From NCBI GenBank assembly GCA_003427395.1, contig BFEA01000023.1, forward strand, positions 3,009,636 through 3,065,370: 55,735 nt of DNA, read 5' to 3'. Each line of letters starts with the position of its first letter. The first letter of the stretch is position 1. Shown piece after piece: positions 46,301-55,735 of the stretch. The translations under genes and the position numbers were made by a program. The notes beneath the pieces were generated by a model. It worked only from the letters and a program-made list of their open reading frames with translations, did not search any database and was not told where the DNA came from. This DNA is from Chara braunii. Its lineage: Eukaryota > Plantae > Charophyceae.

Positions 46301-48554
46301 TGCAGGGAGTAGTACCCAGGCTCCTGACCCCTGGCAATGGACGGAAGGGGAACAGAGCCCCCTCGCAATACCAACAACCAGAGGGGCCAAGCCGACTACC
46401 TCAGCTAGTGAACCTGCTGCGCACAGGTGGAGGCCGTGGGGGTTGGTTGGAATGGAAGCCGTGGGGAATTGAACCTACGACCTCCTGAATGCCGATTTCG
46501 TTCTCTGTGCCGACTGAGCTATTTAGTCTTGTTTGTTTCGCTTTTTGCCTTGTTTTCAGAGCCCCCTCGCAATACCAACAACCAGAGGGACCAAGCCGAC
46601 TATCTCAGCTAGTGAACCTGCTGCGCACAGCTGGAGGCCGTGGGGGTTGGTTGGAATGGAAGCCATGGGGAATTGAACCTACGACCTCCTGAATGCCGAT
46701 TTCGTTCTCTGTGCCAACTGAGCTATTTAGTCTTGTTTGTTTCGCTTTTGGCCTTGTTTTCTGTTGTGGCCTTTTACAATGAGAAAAAACTGTCCTCCGC
46801 ATCTTTGTGGTAAGAATGTGCAGTCTCGTGTCCCTCTCACCCTCCTCTTCAGGTCAACCCATGTGTGATAGAGCCCAAGCCTCGTGTTCTTTCTCTGACA
46901 ACACTGGGTCTGTGCATGTTTTCTTTCATCTGTTTTGCATTTTCGTTCGAGTTTCCCACTCAAGCTCCAGTCTTCCACGTAGTGGCCGCGAGTTTTAACA
47001 TTGGTATGTGTTTGTTGGGCCTTATGGTGACACAATAACAACCGCAATACAGAGAATTCAATCTGATTGAGTTGATTTCTCATTCTTCGGTCTCTCAAGC
47101 CCAGCGCTCGTGATCTTGGCCGGCCTCGTCTTTTCAGTTGTGGCAGCAGCATCCTGTCTCTCATTGTGACTTCATCCTGTCTCTCATTGTGACTTGCACC
47201 AAGCATCTTTCATCCTTTCTTCTCTCTCATACATCCAAATCATTGTCATTTGCTCAATGATTGTCAATCTTGAATCCCCAAGTTCGCCGTCAATAGTGTG
47301 TTGCATATGGCATGCTTCCGCCATTTGAGAACGAGGGTGGAGCATGTTCCAAAAAAGAAGAAGAAGAAGAAGGGAAAAAAAAGGGGAATGAGGTTGGCCA
47401 ACAGTGACTTCAATGTAGTCCATGCGAGTTAGCGATTTGTCCTTCTGTTGGTAAAGTGTCGGGAGGTCTCTTCTGTTCCTTTGAGCCTGACTTGATGCTC
47501 CAATTTCAAGGATCGTTCCACATTCCATCACTAGATGCGTTCACCGTAACCGTTGGTGAAGGGTTTGAATCCCTTTTCTCCTGTAATATAATTATAATTA
47601 ATGTTCCTATCTATTTCAAAACAAACCTTTCAATTAATTCAATAATTGGAGAATTCAAGCGTATCGTATGAGTATATATAAGCTTGAAGAAAACATAGAT
47701 AGACGACTGGCGGAAGAGGGATTCGAACCCCCGACATGCTAAGTCACCGGTCAGACACATAACAGATTAGTGAGAGCAGCACTTGCATGATATTGTCTGT
47801 CTGATTGCTGCTCACTGACCCGTTGCTCTGTGTCTCAGCACTGAGCAGTGAACGCTCACGTGATGATATCGGATTGCATCACTGGCCCGATGTTATCCCG
47901 ACCCGTTTGAGGGGCCAGTTTGCCCACCGACGTGCTGAGGTACTGCCAAGGGGGATTAACATGCATACCTGGTGTGTAAATCACTTCTTCACTGGATTCT
48001 GTTGTTGAGTATTGCTGAGCATTAATTAATAAAATAAGTATCAATGATCCTTTGGCCAATGATAAATTGACGGATTATTGACTTATTTTCAGTTGAAGTG
48101 ATTCTTTCCGCTCACATGTATCAGCGGGTGGGAAAAAAGTGGTGAGAAATGCAGGCAGAAGGTTTTGATTTACCGGAGAAAAGGGAATGTGTGACAAGGG
48201 ATGCAATCGCGCAGTCTTTGTCTTGGTGTGGTGGTCATTAGGCGAGTCTACAAGCCAGGGAGATTGCCAATCCATGTCCGCCTTCTTGATTTATGATGTG
48301 ATGTCACTGCACACGCAGCACCTGGGTTCTGTCTTGATGTGTGTTGATGATGTGGTTTTGCTCCTTTTCTGTGTGGTTTGTGTTACATTCCCCCCCCATA
48401 TGCACACAAACAACTGTTTTCCACCCCGAACCCTGCATCCCACACCTCTACTCCCCTTTGTGTTTGACAGCTACCGACCTACAGACGTGCAGCAACTCTG
48501 CGGGAGAAACTGCTTTACGCAATCATGTCTAATGCTGGCTTTGAGCTGTCATGA
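11616..48554 (+). CDS. UPL7: HECT-domain E3 ubiquitin-protein ligase, UPL7/UBE3B-C family. Spliced: join(11616..11738,13776..14457,16628..17481,19988..20761,22589..22971,26390..26665,32811..33063,34510..34680,37755..37847,39767..39874,43607..43723,45458..45550,48471..48554); 5' partial
   Basis: All 12 introns are GT..AG and their phases join into one open frame (4011 nt, ending TGA). Motifs match plant UPL7: VALRG..IQ|RFVRGY (IQ), [96 protein letters not shown]. Confidence 0.93.
12350..13320 (+). mobile_element. Decayed non-LTR retroelement-like dispersed repeat
   Basis: Shares blocks with 24030-24190 and 25200-25930 (for example gcagcgcc..ccaag..gatgaagatg...accaccatagcca.gtaag) and more weakly with 41850-42440 (-). 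No intact ORF. Confidence 0.45.
13776..14457 (+). CDS. UPL7: UPL7-like exon B (rest of the IQ motif RFVRGY, then a Ser/Pro/Thr-rich segment)
   Basis: Acceptor tgcag|AGG, donor G|gttagt (phase 1). Lies in the 239-aa ORF 13743-14462. Confidence 0.85.
14802..14879 (-). pseudogene. 5.8S rRNA 5'-half fragment
   Basis: Reverse complement reads actctcagacaacgaatatcttggccctcgcaacgatgaagagcgcagcgaaatgcgataatcaatgtgaattgcaga. It contains the 5.8S hallmarks CGATGAAGA, GCGAAATGCGATA and GTGAATTGCAGA. Confidence 0.85.
16168..16378. repeat. Pyrimidine-rich tandem repeat, about 48 bp x4
   Basis: cttcttcatctcatccctgttcttgcttctcttcc is repeated. Confidence 0.85.
16628..17481 (+). CDS. UPL7: UPL7-like exon C
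   Basis: Acceptor ggcag|AT completes GAT; encodes [31 protein letters not shown]; donor CGG|gtgagt. Confidence 0.9.
18080..19320. repeat. Degenerate minisatellite (about 28-30 bp, tgttggatgagtgacgagtgacaaggag)
   Basis: Dozens of imperfect tandem copies. Confidence 0.85.
19988..20761 (+). CDS. UPL7: UPL7-like exon D
   Basis: Acceptor actcag|; encodes WALFNV...[24 protein letters not shown]; donor CAG|gtacga; 774 nt. Confidence 0.9.
20810..20901 (-). pseudogene. U6: Degenerate U6 snRNA pseudogene, intronic and antisense to UPL7
   Basis: Collinear with the 1869-1961 copy but has about a dozen substitutions, including ACAGAGA to ACAGAAA. Confidence 0.85.
22589..22971 (+). CDS. UPL7: UPL7-like exon E
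   Basis: Acceptor ttttgcag|; encodes EPFNLE...[19 protein letters not shown]...IPHVLPFEQ; donor AG|gtgatc (phase 2). Confidence 0.92.
24030..25930 (+). mobile_element. Decayed copies of the same dispersed repeat family as 12350-13320
   Basis: Visual alignment of the shared blocks listed for 12350-13320. Confidence 0.45.
26390..26665 (+). CDS. UPL7: UPL7-like exon F (start of the HECT domain)
   Basis: Acceptor acacag|G; encodes VLIFRKRV...[13 protein letters not shown]...[24 protein letters not shown]; donor AG|gttagt. Confidence 0.93.
27710..28140. repeat. Imperfect tandem repeat, about 150 bp x3
   Basis: ctagg..gggaggaacaac..aggttga.cacat occurs three times. Confidence 0.8.
28330..30480 (-). 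mobile_element. Possible decayed Penelope-like retroelement RT region
   Basis: Frameshifted motif remnants appear in the expected order on the minus strand: P-IH-K...LRP(T)IVS (about 29590-29515), N-F (about 28980), G-MG--SP (about 28640), YID (about 28565). Confidence 0.3.
32811..33063 (+). CDS. UPL7: UPL7-like exon G (HECT N-lobe)
   Basis: Encodes YGLFVQT...[18 protein letters not shown]...LYRNLMYLK; donor AAG|gtgggt. Confidence 0.93.
33646..33803. repeat. Tandem repeat, about 75 bp x2
   Basis: accgaagtggaaa.gccatggcagttga...gatatctgctt occurs twice. Confidence 0.9.
34510..34680 (+). CDS. UPL7: UPL7-like exon H (HECT)
   Basis: Encodes [15 protein letters not shown]...[31 protein letters not shown]; GT-AG boundaries, 171 nt. 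Confidence 0.94.
35268..35565. mobile_element. MITE with CACTA-like termini
   Basis: cactactctagactctcgg at the left end pairs with cgagagtctagtgtagtg at the right end. No clear TSD. Confidence 0.55.
36130..37307. mobile_element. Non-autonomous hAT-like DNA transposon, about 1.18 kb
   Basis: TIRs ctagctttcc / ggaaagctag, GC-rich subterminal cccgggc motifs, and an 8-bp TSD atatggac / gtatggac (one mismatch). The left subterminal block of about 125 bp is duplicated in tandem. Confidence 0.7.
37755..37847 (+). CDS. UPL7: UPL7-like exon I (HECT)
   Basis: Encodes [31 protein letters not shown]; donor |gtaagc. Confidence 0.93.
39767..39874 (+). CDS. UPL7: UPL7-like exon J (HECT)
   Basis: Encodes [36 protein letters not shown]; donor |gtgagt. 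Confidence 0.93.
40453..40630. mobile_element. MITE/foldback element with about 50-bp TIRs; dispersed family
   Basis: tcacagccccttgtttgttgtcctcttctccctctctgcctacggttt pairs with aaaccgtaggcagagaggtagaagaggacaacaaacgaggggctgtga. Related one-arm copies occur at about 5248-5325, 5397-5465 and 45167-45235. Confidence 0.7.
42660..42780 (+). mobile_element. Truncated hAT-like terminus
   Basis: Starts cagggttgttt and carries clustered cgccta/taggcg subterminal motifs. It ends just before the adapter junction. Confidence 0.4.
42830..42867. other. Nextera mate-pair junction adapter (Tn5 mosaic-end palindrome); assembly artefact
   Basis: Exact match to CTGTCTCTTATACACATCT+AGATGTGTATAAGAGACAG. Confidence 0.97.
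43607..43723 (+). CDS. UPL7: UPL7-like exon K (HECT C-lobe); its frame is not in the ORF track
   Basis: Acceptor ccacag|GTT; translates to [39 protein letters not shown]; donor |gtaggt. Confidence 0.93.
44743..44972. repeat. Tandem repeat, about 117 bp x2
   Basis: caaggacgcatttaattttag...gtacaggatggcaa occurs twice. Confidence 0.9.
45458..45550 (+). CDS. UPL7: UPL7-like exon L (contains the catalytic Cys)
   Basis: Encodes [31 protein letters not shown]; donor |gttggt. Confidence 0.94.
46253..46425 (+). mobile_element. Cassandra/TRIM-like LTR with a 5S rRNA-like core
   Basis: Termini TGT...ACA. 46286-46337 (tcaagc...gggagtagtacccagg...tgacccctggcaa) resembles the 5S internal region (ttaagc...gagagtagtactagg...tgacctcctgggaa). 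The LTR is followed directly by the PBS-like ggtggaggccgtgggg. Confidence 0.5.
46453..46528 (-). tRNA. tRNA-like pseudogene (Ala-GGC-like), copy 1
   Basis: Reverse complement reads gactaaatagctcagtcggcacagagaacgaaatcggcattcaggaggtcgtaggttcaattccccacggcttcca. It has an A-box (TAGCTCAGTCGG) and a B-box (GGTTCAATTCC) in 76 nt, but the acceptor stem does not pair. Confidence 0.6.
46657..46732 (-). tRNA. tRNA-like pseudogene, copy 2 (tandem duplicate)
   Basis: Near-identical to 46453-46528, offset by 204 bp. Confidence 0.6.
47708..47770 (-). pseudogene. tRNA 3'-half remnant (class II/Ser-like) or SINE head
   Basis: Reverse complement ends gtcgggggttcgaatcccctcttccgcca, a T-arm plus acceptor-like end. 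No recognisable D-arm. Confidence 0.4.
48471..48554 (+). CDS. UPL7: UPL7-like terminal exon M; its frame is not in the ORF track
   Basis: Acceptor tttgacag|; translates to [27 protein letters not shown], the canonical HECT C-terminal tail with the -4 Phe. Confidence 0.93.
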   Translation, partial: LPTYRRAATLREKLLYAIMSNAGFELS

Positions 48555-48999
48555 GTGAGGAGATATCCAAGGGGTGGAGGGATGGATGATGGCAATTTGC
48601 GAGCTCCTGAAGGCTGCCAAAAGCCCCTGAAATCCCTCCTGATGTTGGCATGCGTATTCTTCATCCAGCTAATGAAAACGGTCGGGGGTGGAAGTGTTTT
48701 TCTTCTCAGCATCTGATCGGGCCACACAATGACCCACCCACCGGATCAGAGTCGTGATGCCACAAGCCCATGAAGTGCCTCCCTGAAGTGCCTCCTGATG
48801 AATGCGTATTCTTCACCCAGCTATCGAAAACGGCAAGGGATGGAAGTGTCTTTCTTCTCAGCACCAAGAGCTAGTCCCTCTGCTGTAACTCTTAGCATTG
48901 GGCCTCACGACGACTCGCCCATCAGATCGGAGTCATGATACAACAGACAGATGTGTGACCTCTGGTTCAGAGGCTGTGTTCATCATATCTTCAGTGTTC

Positions 49000-50863
49000 G
49001 GCTATCGACTCAATGGAGTTTGTTACAGACATAGCTAGCTGTGCAACACCACCTGCCCGACGTGACGTTTTCGGCCCGTGGCAACCTCTTTGGACGCTGC
49101 AGCAGCTATTTTCGCATCCGTGGTATTCACGACCACAGTCAGGTTTTTCAAGCTGTTGCGTATTGCAAGACACTTGAGAGGGAAGAGCACACGAGTGTTC
49201 GCCACACAATTGTGAAGGTATGACCTGCTAGATGCACCCGTAGCCACGAAGTCCGGGTCCCATCGACGTCAGCTTGCCAGATGATTGACAAGGTGGAGCA
49301 CATGGAATGGCACCAAACACATCAAGCAGTCTTGGGCGACTGGAATTCAGCTTTAGGCACCGTCCGTGTGCATGTGGCAGGCAGTTAATGGAGAAGAAGA
49401 ACTGAGATTCCACACCCAAGTAGAAGCGAATGAGCGCGGTGGTCATGTGTTGGTGCCGAGGTCCTGGCGAATGAGCGTGGTTGCAGCTGATGCGGAGGAG
49501 GACGGTCTGTGATAACTTGTGTTCTTCTTAAGCAGTCTCAAGGTAGCACAGGGTAAGGTATGCGCTCCCATTCAGACGACTTGCAGTGGCTTGAAATGGT
49601 AACCCATGGGCATATTCAGCAAAGGGAAAAGAGGGGGGGAGGGGGGAGGGGGAGGCAGGGGGAGGCAGGCAGAGGAGAAACAGCAATTCAAGGGAGATGG
49701 AAGTCACAGAACCTCNNNNNNNNNNNNNNNNNNNNNNNNNNNNNNNNNNNNNNNNGGGAGAGGTGGGGTTTGTTGAAGAAGGTCATCCTGAACAGTTAAG
49801 ATAGCTACCATGACACCATGCAGGTGGGGCTTGCCACAGGTGGGCATTCCGACCAGTGAAGGTTAGCTGTCATGGCGCCGTGGAGGAGGTTCTCATCAGG
49901 GTGGCAGATGAAATTGGTATGAATTTGATGGGATGGACATGGGTGGAAACCGTGGAAATGCAGCCCCTTGTGGGGACAGCTACCGTGGTTCGATGAGCGG
50001 AGTCCTTGCCGGGGCCATCAAATGCGGTGGGATGCATATGGTTGGAATTGCAGTGCAAGTTCATGTGTGCCGTACTCACCAGGAAGCTGTCGTCAGCTTT
50101 TAGCAACCAGGGTGTGAATGGCTAGGAGGGAGAGCGAAATGCTATGGGGGCATGGAGCATCCAAAGAGGTGAAATGCACTTCATTGAAAGGACCCCAAAA
50201 TGGAAGGAGCGGAATGGAGGGAGGGAAGGTCTATGAGAGATTTGTGTACATGGGATGTTGCTTCTATGATGTCTATGTCAGTCCTATTGTCAGTACAGGG
50301 CTGCATTTTGCAAACATTTGCTTAAATCATACAGAACAGAAATGGATATTGTCAGACCAATCTTTGTACGAGGGAGGAACAAACAGCAACAGAAATTAAG
50401 AACAACAAGAAAGAATATGCCACGAAGCTCGCCTTCGGGTCCTCCTGTTACGGGTGTAGTACGGCTGCAGGAGGGAACGATACACATACAGGCGTTCGCA
50501 AGGTGCATAGTGGAAGTGAAAAGAGTAGACGGAGACGGAATGACCGTGCCTCAATCTAGATGGTCAAGCCAAGGAAAGAACTTGCTCACTCACAGTGGCA
50601 AGTGTCTGATTTATGAGACCCAGAGCTGGGTTGCCCCTTCGTCGTTCTACAGTGACATCTGTTTGATAGGCAACTATTCGGGAATATCATTTGCAATTGC
50701 GTATGCACGTGTGCATGTGTGCATGCGTGCATGTGTGCGGGTGTGGGTGTTGGACCACAAATGGATAGATGGATAGGTAGGTAGGTAGGTAAGTAGATAG
50801 GTTGATAGATAACTTAGAGAGATAGAGATAGATAGGTAGGTAGGTGGGTAGGTAGGTACATAT

Positions 50864-50947
<84 letters not shown>

Positions 50948-51720
50948 NNNNNNNNNNNNNNNNNNNNNNNNNNNNNNNNNNNNNNNNNNNNNNNNNNNNN
51001 NNNNNNNNNNNNNNNNNNNNNNNNNNNNNNNNNNNNNNNNNNNNNNNNNNNNNNNNNNNNNNNNNNNNNNNNNNNNNNGGGAGGGTGGGAAAAAGTGGTT
51101 ACGAAGTGAATCGGTGTTTGTTTCGTTGTTGCTTGTGGGCGGGTGGCTGATGAGAATGTGCTGTAGTCTATTAATTTCAGGAGGAATATTTGTATATAGA
51201 GCAGATGGTGGACTGGGCAAATGTTGGGCCATCTTCCCAGGTGATCATTTATATCTGGAAGCCTGAGTTGTAGAGCCCAGCCATATGCCTTCCAGTACAA
51301 GAGTGGGCTGGTCAGCGTGCACTGGCCGACTACGGGTGTAGGTGCGGCTGGACGTTGACTGATGCGTCGTGCCTTGTCACTGTAGGTGGATAGGGTGGAT
51401 GATTATGGTTTTGTTTGCTGGTCGGGATGAGGATTCCGACGGGGAGAAAAGGTTAGGGAGGGAGGAGAGTGGGGAGGGGCGATGGGGAGGGGTGATGGGG
51501 AGGGGAAGGTGAATGTTACAAGACCGTATTTCCCTCAGGTTTGTCAGATGAATGGGTCCACTGGTAGTCTGTGTCAGGTCGAGCAATACATTAGACGAAT
51601 AGCTGACTCCGAGCAGCCACCTCAATTTGAAATGGGCACTATCAAAATAGGTATCCATTGTATGTGGTCATGATTATGTCCTTTTGGACGCAAGGTCATA
51701 CGGATTCACCCCCTCTAGTT
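49000..51720 (-). mobile_element. Possible decayed Penelope-like retroelement, interrupted by gaps and microsatellites
   Basis: ALYTNIP (about 51180-51205) matches the PLE RT motif SLYTNIP. Further downstream are LHCNSNH (about 50040) and a weak CGREYHG (about 49130). Confidence 0.3.
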
Positions 51721-52659
51721 GCTCAACAAGGGTTGAGATTGTTCCTGTTGTGCATTCATCCGTCCGTTTTCGACACAAAACGGACCCTGTCATAACCAAT
51801 TTGCGATTGATGAGGTACAGAATATGAAAAGATTAGAAAGAGGGATTGATGGTGGGCAATGATGCAGGTTTTGTGCAAAGAGGGATTTGATCGTCGGCTG
51901 TAATAAATTCTGTTCATTTTTTTTGCTCTCCATCAAGGCTCAGGTAAGTGATATACTGAGCACATGCTTTGACATGCTTGGACAAACTCTGTGCCAGCAA
52001 TGTGGAGAAGTGGGTGGCAAGTTTCCAAACAGGTTCTTTTCTATTCTTCATTTTCTGGGGACCCTTTCCTTCACTTTCTGGGGGCCCAAGTTTGCGGACC
52101 TAATGACGTCATCAAAAGCATCTGTTTGAAGTGTTGTTTGTTTCTGGATGTTTTTTTCTTTTGTGTGTGCTAATGCGGTGAGGAGATGGAGAATAGCGCT
52201 GCCCATGGTAAACCACCGGTACTTGGCCCAGCTACGGGCCGCGGACAAAAATAGAGTAGAAACGTTTCTAGTCGGATGAATTTGGGCGCTCCTGTAGTGG
52301 CCGGTACGTTTCCTAAAGCCGTGGCTTGTTAATGGGCACGACTGTAGGAAGTACTGGTGGTTTCAATGTTCAAAATTCAAATCATTTGTCTTGTCTTTTT
52401 CTCGTTGAAGATCCTTTTGAAAAGAACGATATCTCTACAGCCCTTACACTTTCTAGGGGGCGAAGTTTGCGGACGTAATGACGTCATGAAAAACATCTGT
52501 TTGAATTGTTGTCTGTTTCTGGATGTTTTTTGTTTCCTCTGTGCGAATGCAGTGAGGAGATGGAAGATAGCGCTGCATGTTAAATGTTCAAATCATTTGT
52601 TGCTTTTTCTCTTTGAAGTTCCTTTTTGAAAAAAAGATATCACTACGGCTGTGGCTCAT

Positions 52660-53100
52660 ATTCCATGGTGGTGAGCGATTCAGGCTTAGTTTTTTTTTTC
52701 TTTCTTATAGATTAAAATTTAAAAGTATGATCCAGAGGCAGTCGAGAACCCCTGCGTCATCAGTTGATAACTCCTGTGATCAAGGCTTTAGTCGAGAACC
52801 CCTGCGTCATCTGTTGAGATAACTCCTGTGATCAAGGCTTTTAGGCCACATAGCGATTCAGGCTTAGTTTTTTTTTTTTTTTGTAGATGAAAATTTAAAA
52901 GTATGATCCAGAGAAAGTCGAGAACCCCTGCGTCATTTGTTGAGATCACCCCTGTGATCAAGGCTTTTAGGCCACATAGCGATTCAGGCTTAGTTTTTTT
53001 TTTTTTTTGTAGATGAAAATTTAAAAGTATGATCCAGAGAAAGTCGAGAACCCCTGCGTCATTTGTTGAGATAACTCCTGTGATCAAGGCTTTTAGGCCA
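52660..53100. repeat. Tandem repeat, about 122 bp x 3-4
   Basis: agcgattcaggcttag...gtcgagaacccctgcgtcat...tgtgatcaaggctttt is repeated. Confidence 0.9.
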
Positions 53101-53830
53101 CATCGCAGTATTTAGGGCAACTTTCAGGCGAGATACAGATATAATAATGACTGGGCAGTGTGTTCCAGGAAAGAGGGTAGTTCAGGGTAGTTCATTTCCT
53201 CCCCTTACGTCACACCGATTTTGGGTATTCCCACATCTTCAATCTTCTCCTCAACTCTAATAATAATTGCCCTATCCGCACACTCTTCAATCTTCTCCTC
53301 AACTCTAATAATAATTGCCCTGTCCGCAGACTATTGAGATCGGTAATGTAACAAATCTGAAATCCAGGCGTCAGCTGCCCAACCGGGCCATGACCTGGAT
53401 CGTTGCATGAATGTAACGAATCTCAGAATCCAGGCTGGCGCGTCCTTCCAGGCCAAATGACCATCCGTCGACCCAGTACCACTGACCCAAAGGCCTGGTT
53501 GGAAGTAGAATCTGCGGACTGGGGGGCCCTGCCTTCACCCTCCTGAAGTCTTCTACTGCCATCACCCTCCCTCGACCCCACTCCGCAGCTGCATGCAAAC
53601 TAAGCTATCCTATGCAGTTGGGGAGAGAGGGACAGACACACAGACAGAGGGACAGAGAGACAGAGATAGACAGACACAGAGAAAGAGAGCAATACTCCAC
53701 CACTCCGCCTCATCCTCTCCCATCCCAACTCTGACATCTTTGCTGCCCTAACTCACCACCCTGTCTTCACCATCTCCACCTGCCCTCAACTGGTCCCCTG
53801 CCCGGCGCAGGCAAAAGTGTCTGGACGAGC

Positions 53831-53885
<55 letters not shown>

Positions 53886-55735
53886 TTCCACCGCTCCCCA
53901 GTATTCAACCTCGACTGCCCAGTCTCGAGCTCAACTATCTCTGCCACCGCACCTCTGGTGCTGCATCTCCCCACCGTTTCCTCCTGGCATCCCCCCTAGC
54001 CGGCCTTTGTCCGAGTGCTGCCCGTCATGTGTCTGGCGCAGCTAAGAGAGAGAGAGAGAGAGAGTGAGAGGGAGACGTATAGAGCAAAACATGGAGAAAG
54101 AGTCTTCTGCCAGCCCCCCTGCCCCCCCCCCTCTTCCCAACTCTGCCACGGGATGTGAGGTCCACTGCGGCTTGCAAAGGCCGTCCCAAATGCGGCCACT
54201 GGTGCGTGTGCATGAGAGAGAGAGAGAGAGAGAGAGCACTTTGCCACAACATTCCAACCCCCCTAATTCATTTTTGCACCGAGTGTGAATGGAACTCTCC
54301 TCTCTTCATGTACAACACAGCTTGAGAGAGGGTGCGCTTTGCCACGGGTGCGCTGACCTCGCCAATTTCATCTTCTCCAGTCCTCGTCCTCTCTCCTCTT
54401 CCTCCTCCACCACCCTCCACCACCTCCTCACTTTTTCTCTGCCACCTCCGGCTCGTCGTCGTCCTGCTTCAGCTGCTCGGGGTCTCCTTCGCCTTGATCT
54501 CTTTCTTCAGCTGCTTTTCCTTTCGTTTCAATGTCACTTTCTCTCTTTCTCCACTCCCTTTCATCTTTGTTCTTTGGCGATCCACTTCAGCCCTTTCCCA
54601 CTTGCCTCTCTGTAGCCGATCTCTCCATTGATCAATCAATCAATTAAAAAATCAATCAGTCAGTCCATGGAGCTTCCTTTATTGTTTTCTCTTTTCTTTT
54701 GGTGCTTTGTTGTTTATTGCGATGGTGGAATGTGCCATTGTTCATTCAGTCGATCAACCAAGCAGTCTAGCAATACATGAAACTTTCTTTTTGGGTGATT
54801 TGTTGTTCCTGGGGGACGATGGGCGGTCAAGTATGGACAGATCGGTCCTGTTGAAGATGTCCTCCCATAGCCAGTGAACAGAGAATGAAGGGCAGGTGGG
54901 GAACTGGAGGAGGTGTAAGATGTGACACAATTGTTTCGGCTTGTTTCCGGGCATTGCTGATGGTTGCTCCATGGCGAAGAGGGGATCGAGGGCTACGTGA
55001 ATCGTGGGACCGAACAGGAGGACGCAAAGAGAAGCAAGGAAAGTAAAGCACGGAGGGTCGCTGCTGGCAATCTGTAGTCAGCCTGTAGGATCCTTCCTCG
55101 CTGTGTCGGTGCCACATCATCACTCCGGGATCATTGGTGACACACACACCCACACATACACACACACACACAAACACAGAGAGAGAGAGAGGGAGAGAGA
55201 GAGAGAGAGAGAGATGATGGTCGGCCGGAGCGCTGACCACGTTCGTCAATGACCTGTGGGTAACTTTCCCTTGCAGGAAAGGGGTTGTGTGCTTGCTTGA
55301 TGCCTTCATCGTGAAACGGTATTCACCAGTTAGCAGTAGCTGCTGCAGATCCCAGGGTTCAATCCCTAGACCCCAACCTTACCTGTGTACAGTACCTGTG
55401 TCGACCCGTAGAGTTGAACCTGCGACCTGTGTATTTGTAATAGCTGATAGGTTGTCGTGGGGTCCATAGGTAGCATGGGTTCGATCTGTAGACCTGTCGG
55501 ATAGGAGTCTTAGTCAGGTCTAGACATTGTAGCGGTAGTGTTCTCGAAAGGTCAAGGTTGTAGCTGCTACAGTCCAGAAGGGTCAGAGTCGTGGCTGCTA
55601 CAGTCACGAAAGGCCAAGTCTACGGCCTTCCGGAAGGTCGCAGTAGTGGCCTTTCGTGAGTTGCCCACGTTTAAGCAGAGGCAAGTGGTCAAGTGGTGAG
55701 GCAAGTGGGCAAGTGGGGGAAGTCTACCTTGCTGA

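Larger units (their letters stand above)
46354..46761. repeat. Tandem duplication, 204 bp x2 (LTR 3' half + PBS + tRNA-like)
   Basis: cagagccccctcgcaataccaac... occurs at 46353 and 46557 with only a few mismatches. Confidence 0.9.

Noticed and set aside
55300-55375. tRNA-like B-box (gggttcaatccc); a similar remnant lies near 26182-26203
   Set aside because: No cloverleaf can be built, so at most it is a SINE or LTR remnant, too weak to call.

Overview
Eukaryotic, repeat- and microsatellite-rich draft genomic DNA with several N gaps. It is probably from a streptophyte alga such as Chara; this is inferred from plant-type UPL7 and U6 sequences, kb-scale repeat-filled introns and dense (GA)n/(GT)n tracts. 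The main feature is one + strand gene for a HECT E3 ubiquitin ligase of the UPL7/UBE3B-C type. I reconstructed 13 GT-AG coding exons by hand (11616-48554, 4011 nt, about 1336 aa); the true start exon is unresolved. The protein has an N-terminal IQ motif and a complete HECT domain with the catalytic Cys. Introns and flanks hold two U6 snRNA pseudogenes (one with a 10-bp TSD), a 5.8S rRNA fragment, a mitochondrial-type trnQ remnant, MITE/hAT-like elements, decayed non-LTR retroelement fragments, tandem repeats and a Nextera mate-pair adapter artefact. The most interesting candidate is a Cassandra/TRIM-like LTR in the last intron. It has a 5S-rRNA-like core and a PBS, followed directly by a tRNA-like sequence whose 3' end matches that PBS. 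Most ORFs in the supplied track are spurious translations of repeats. All family assignments come from remembered sequences, not from database searches.
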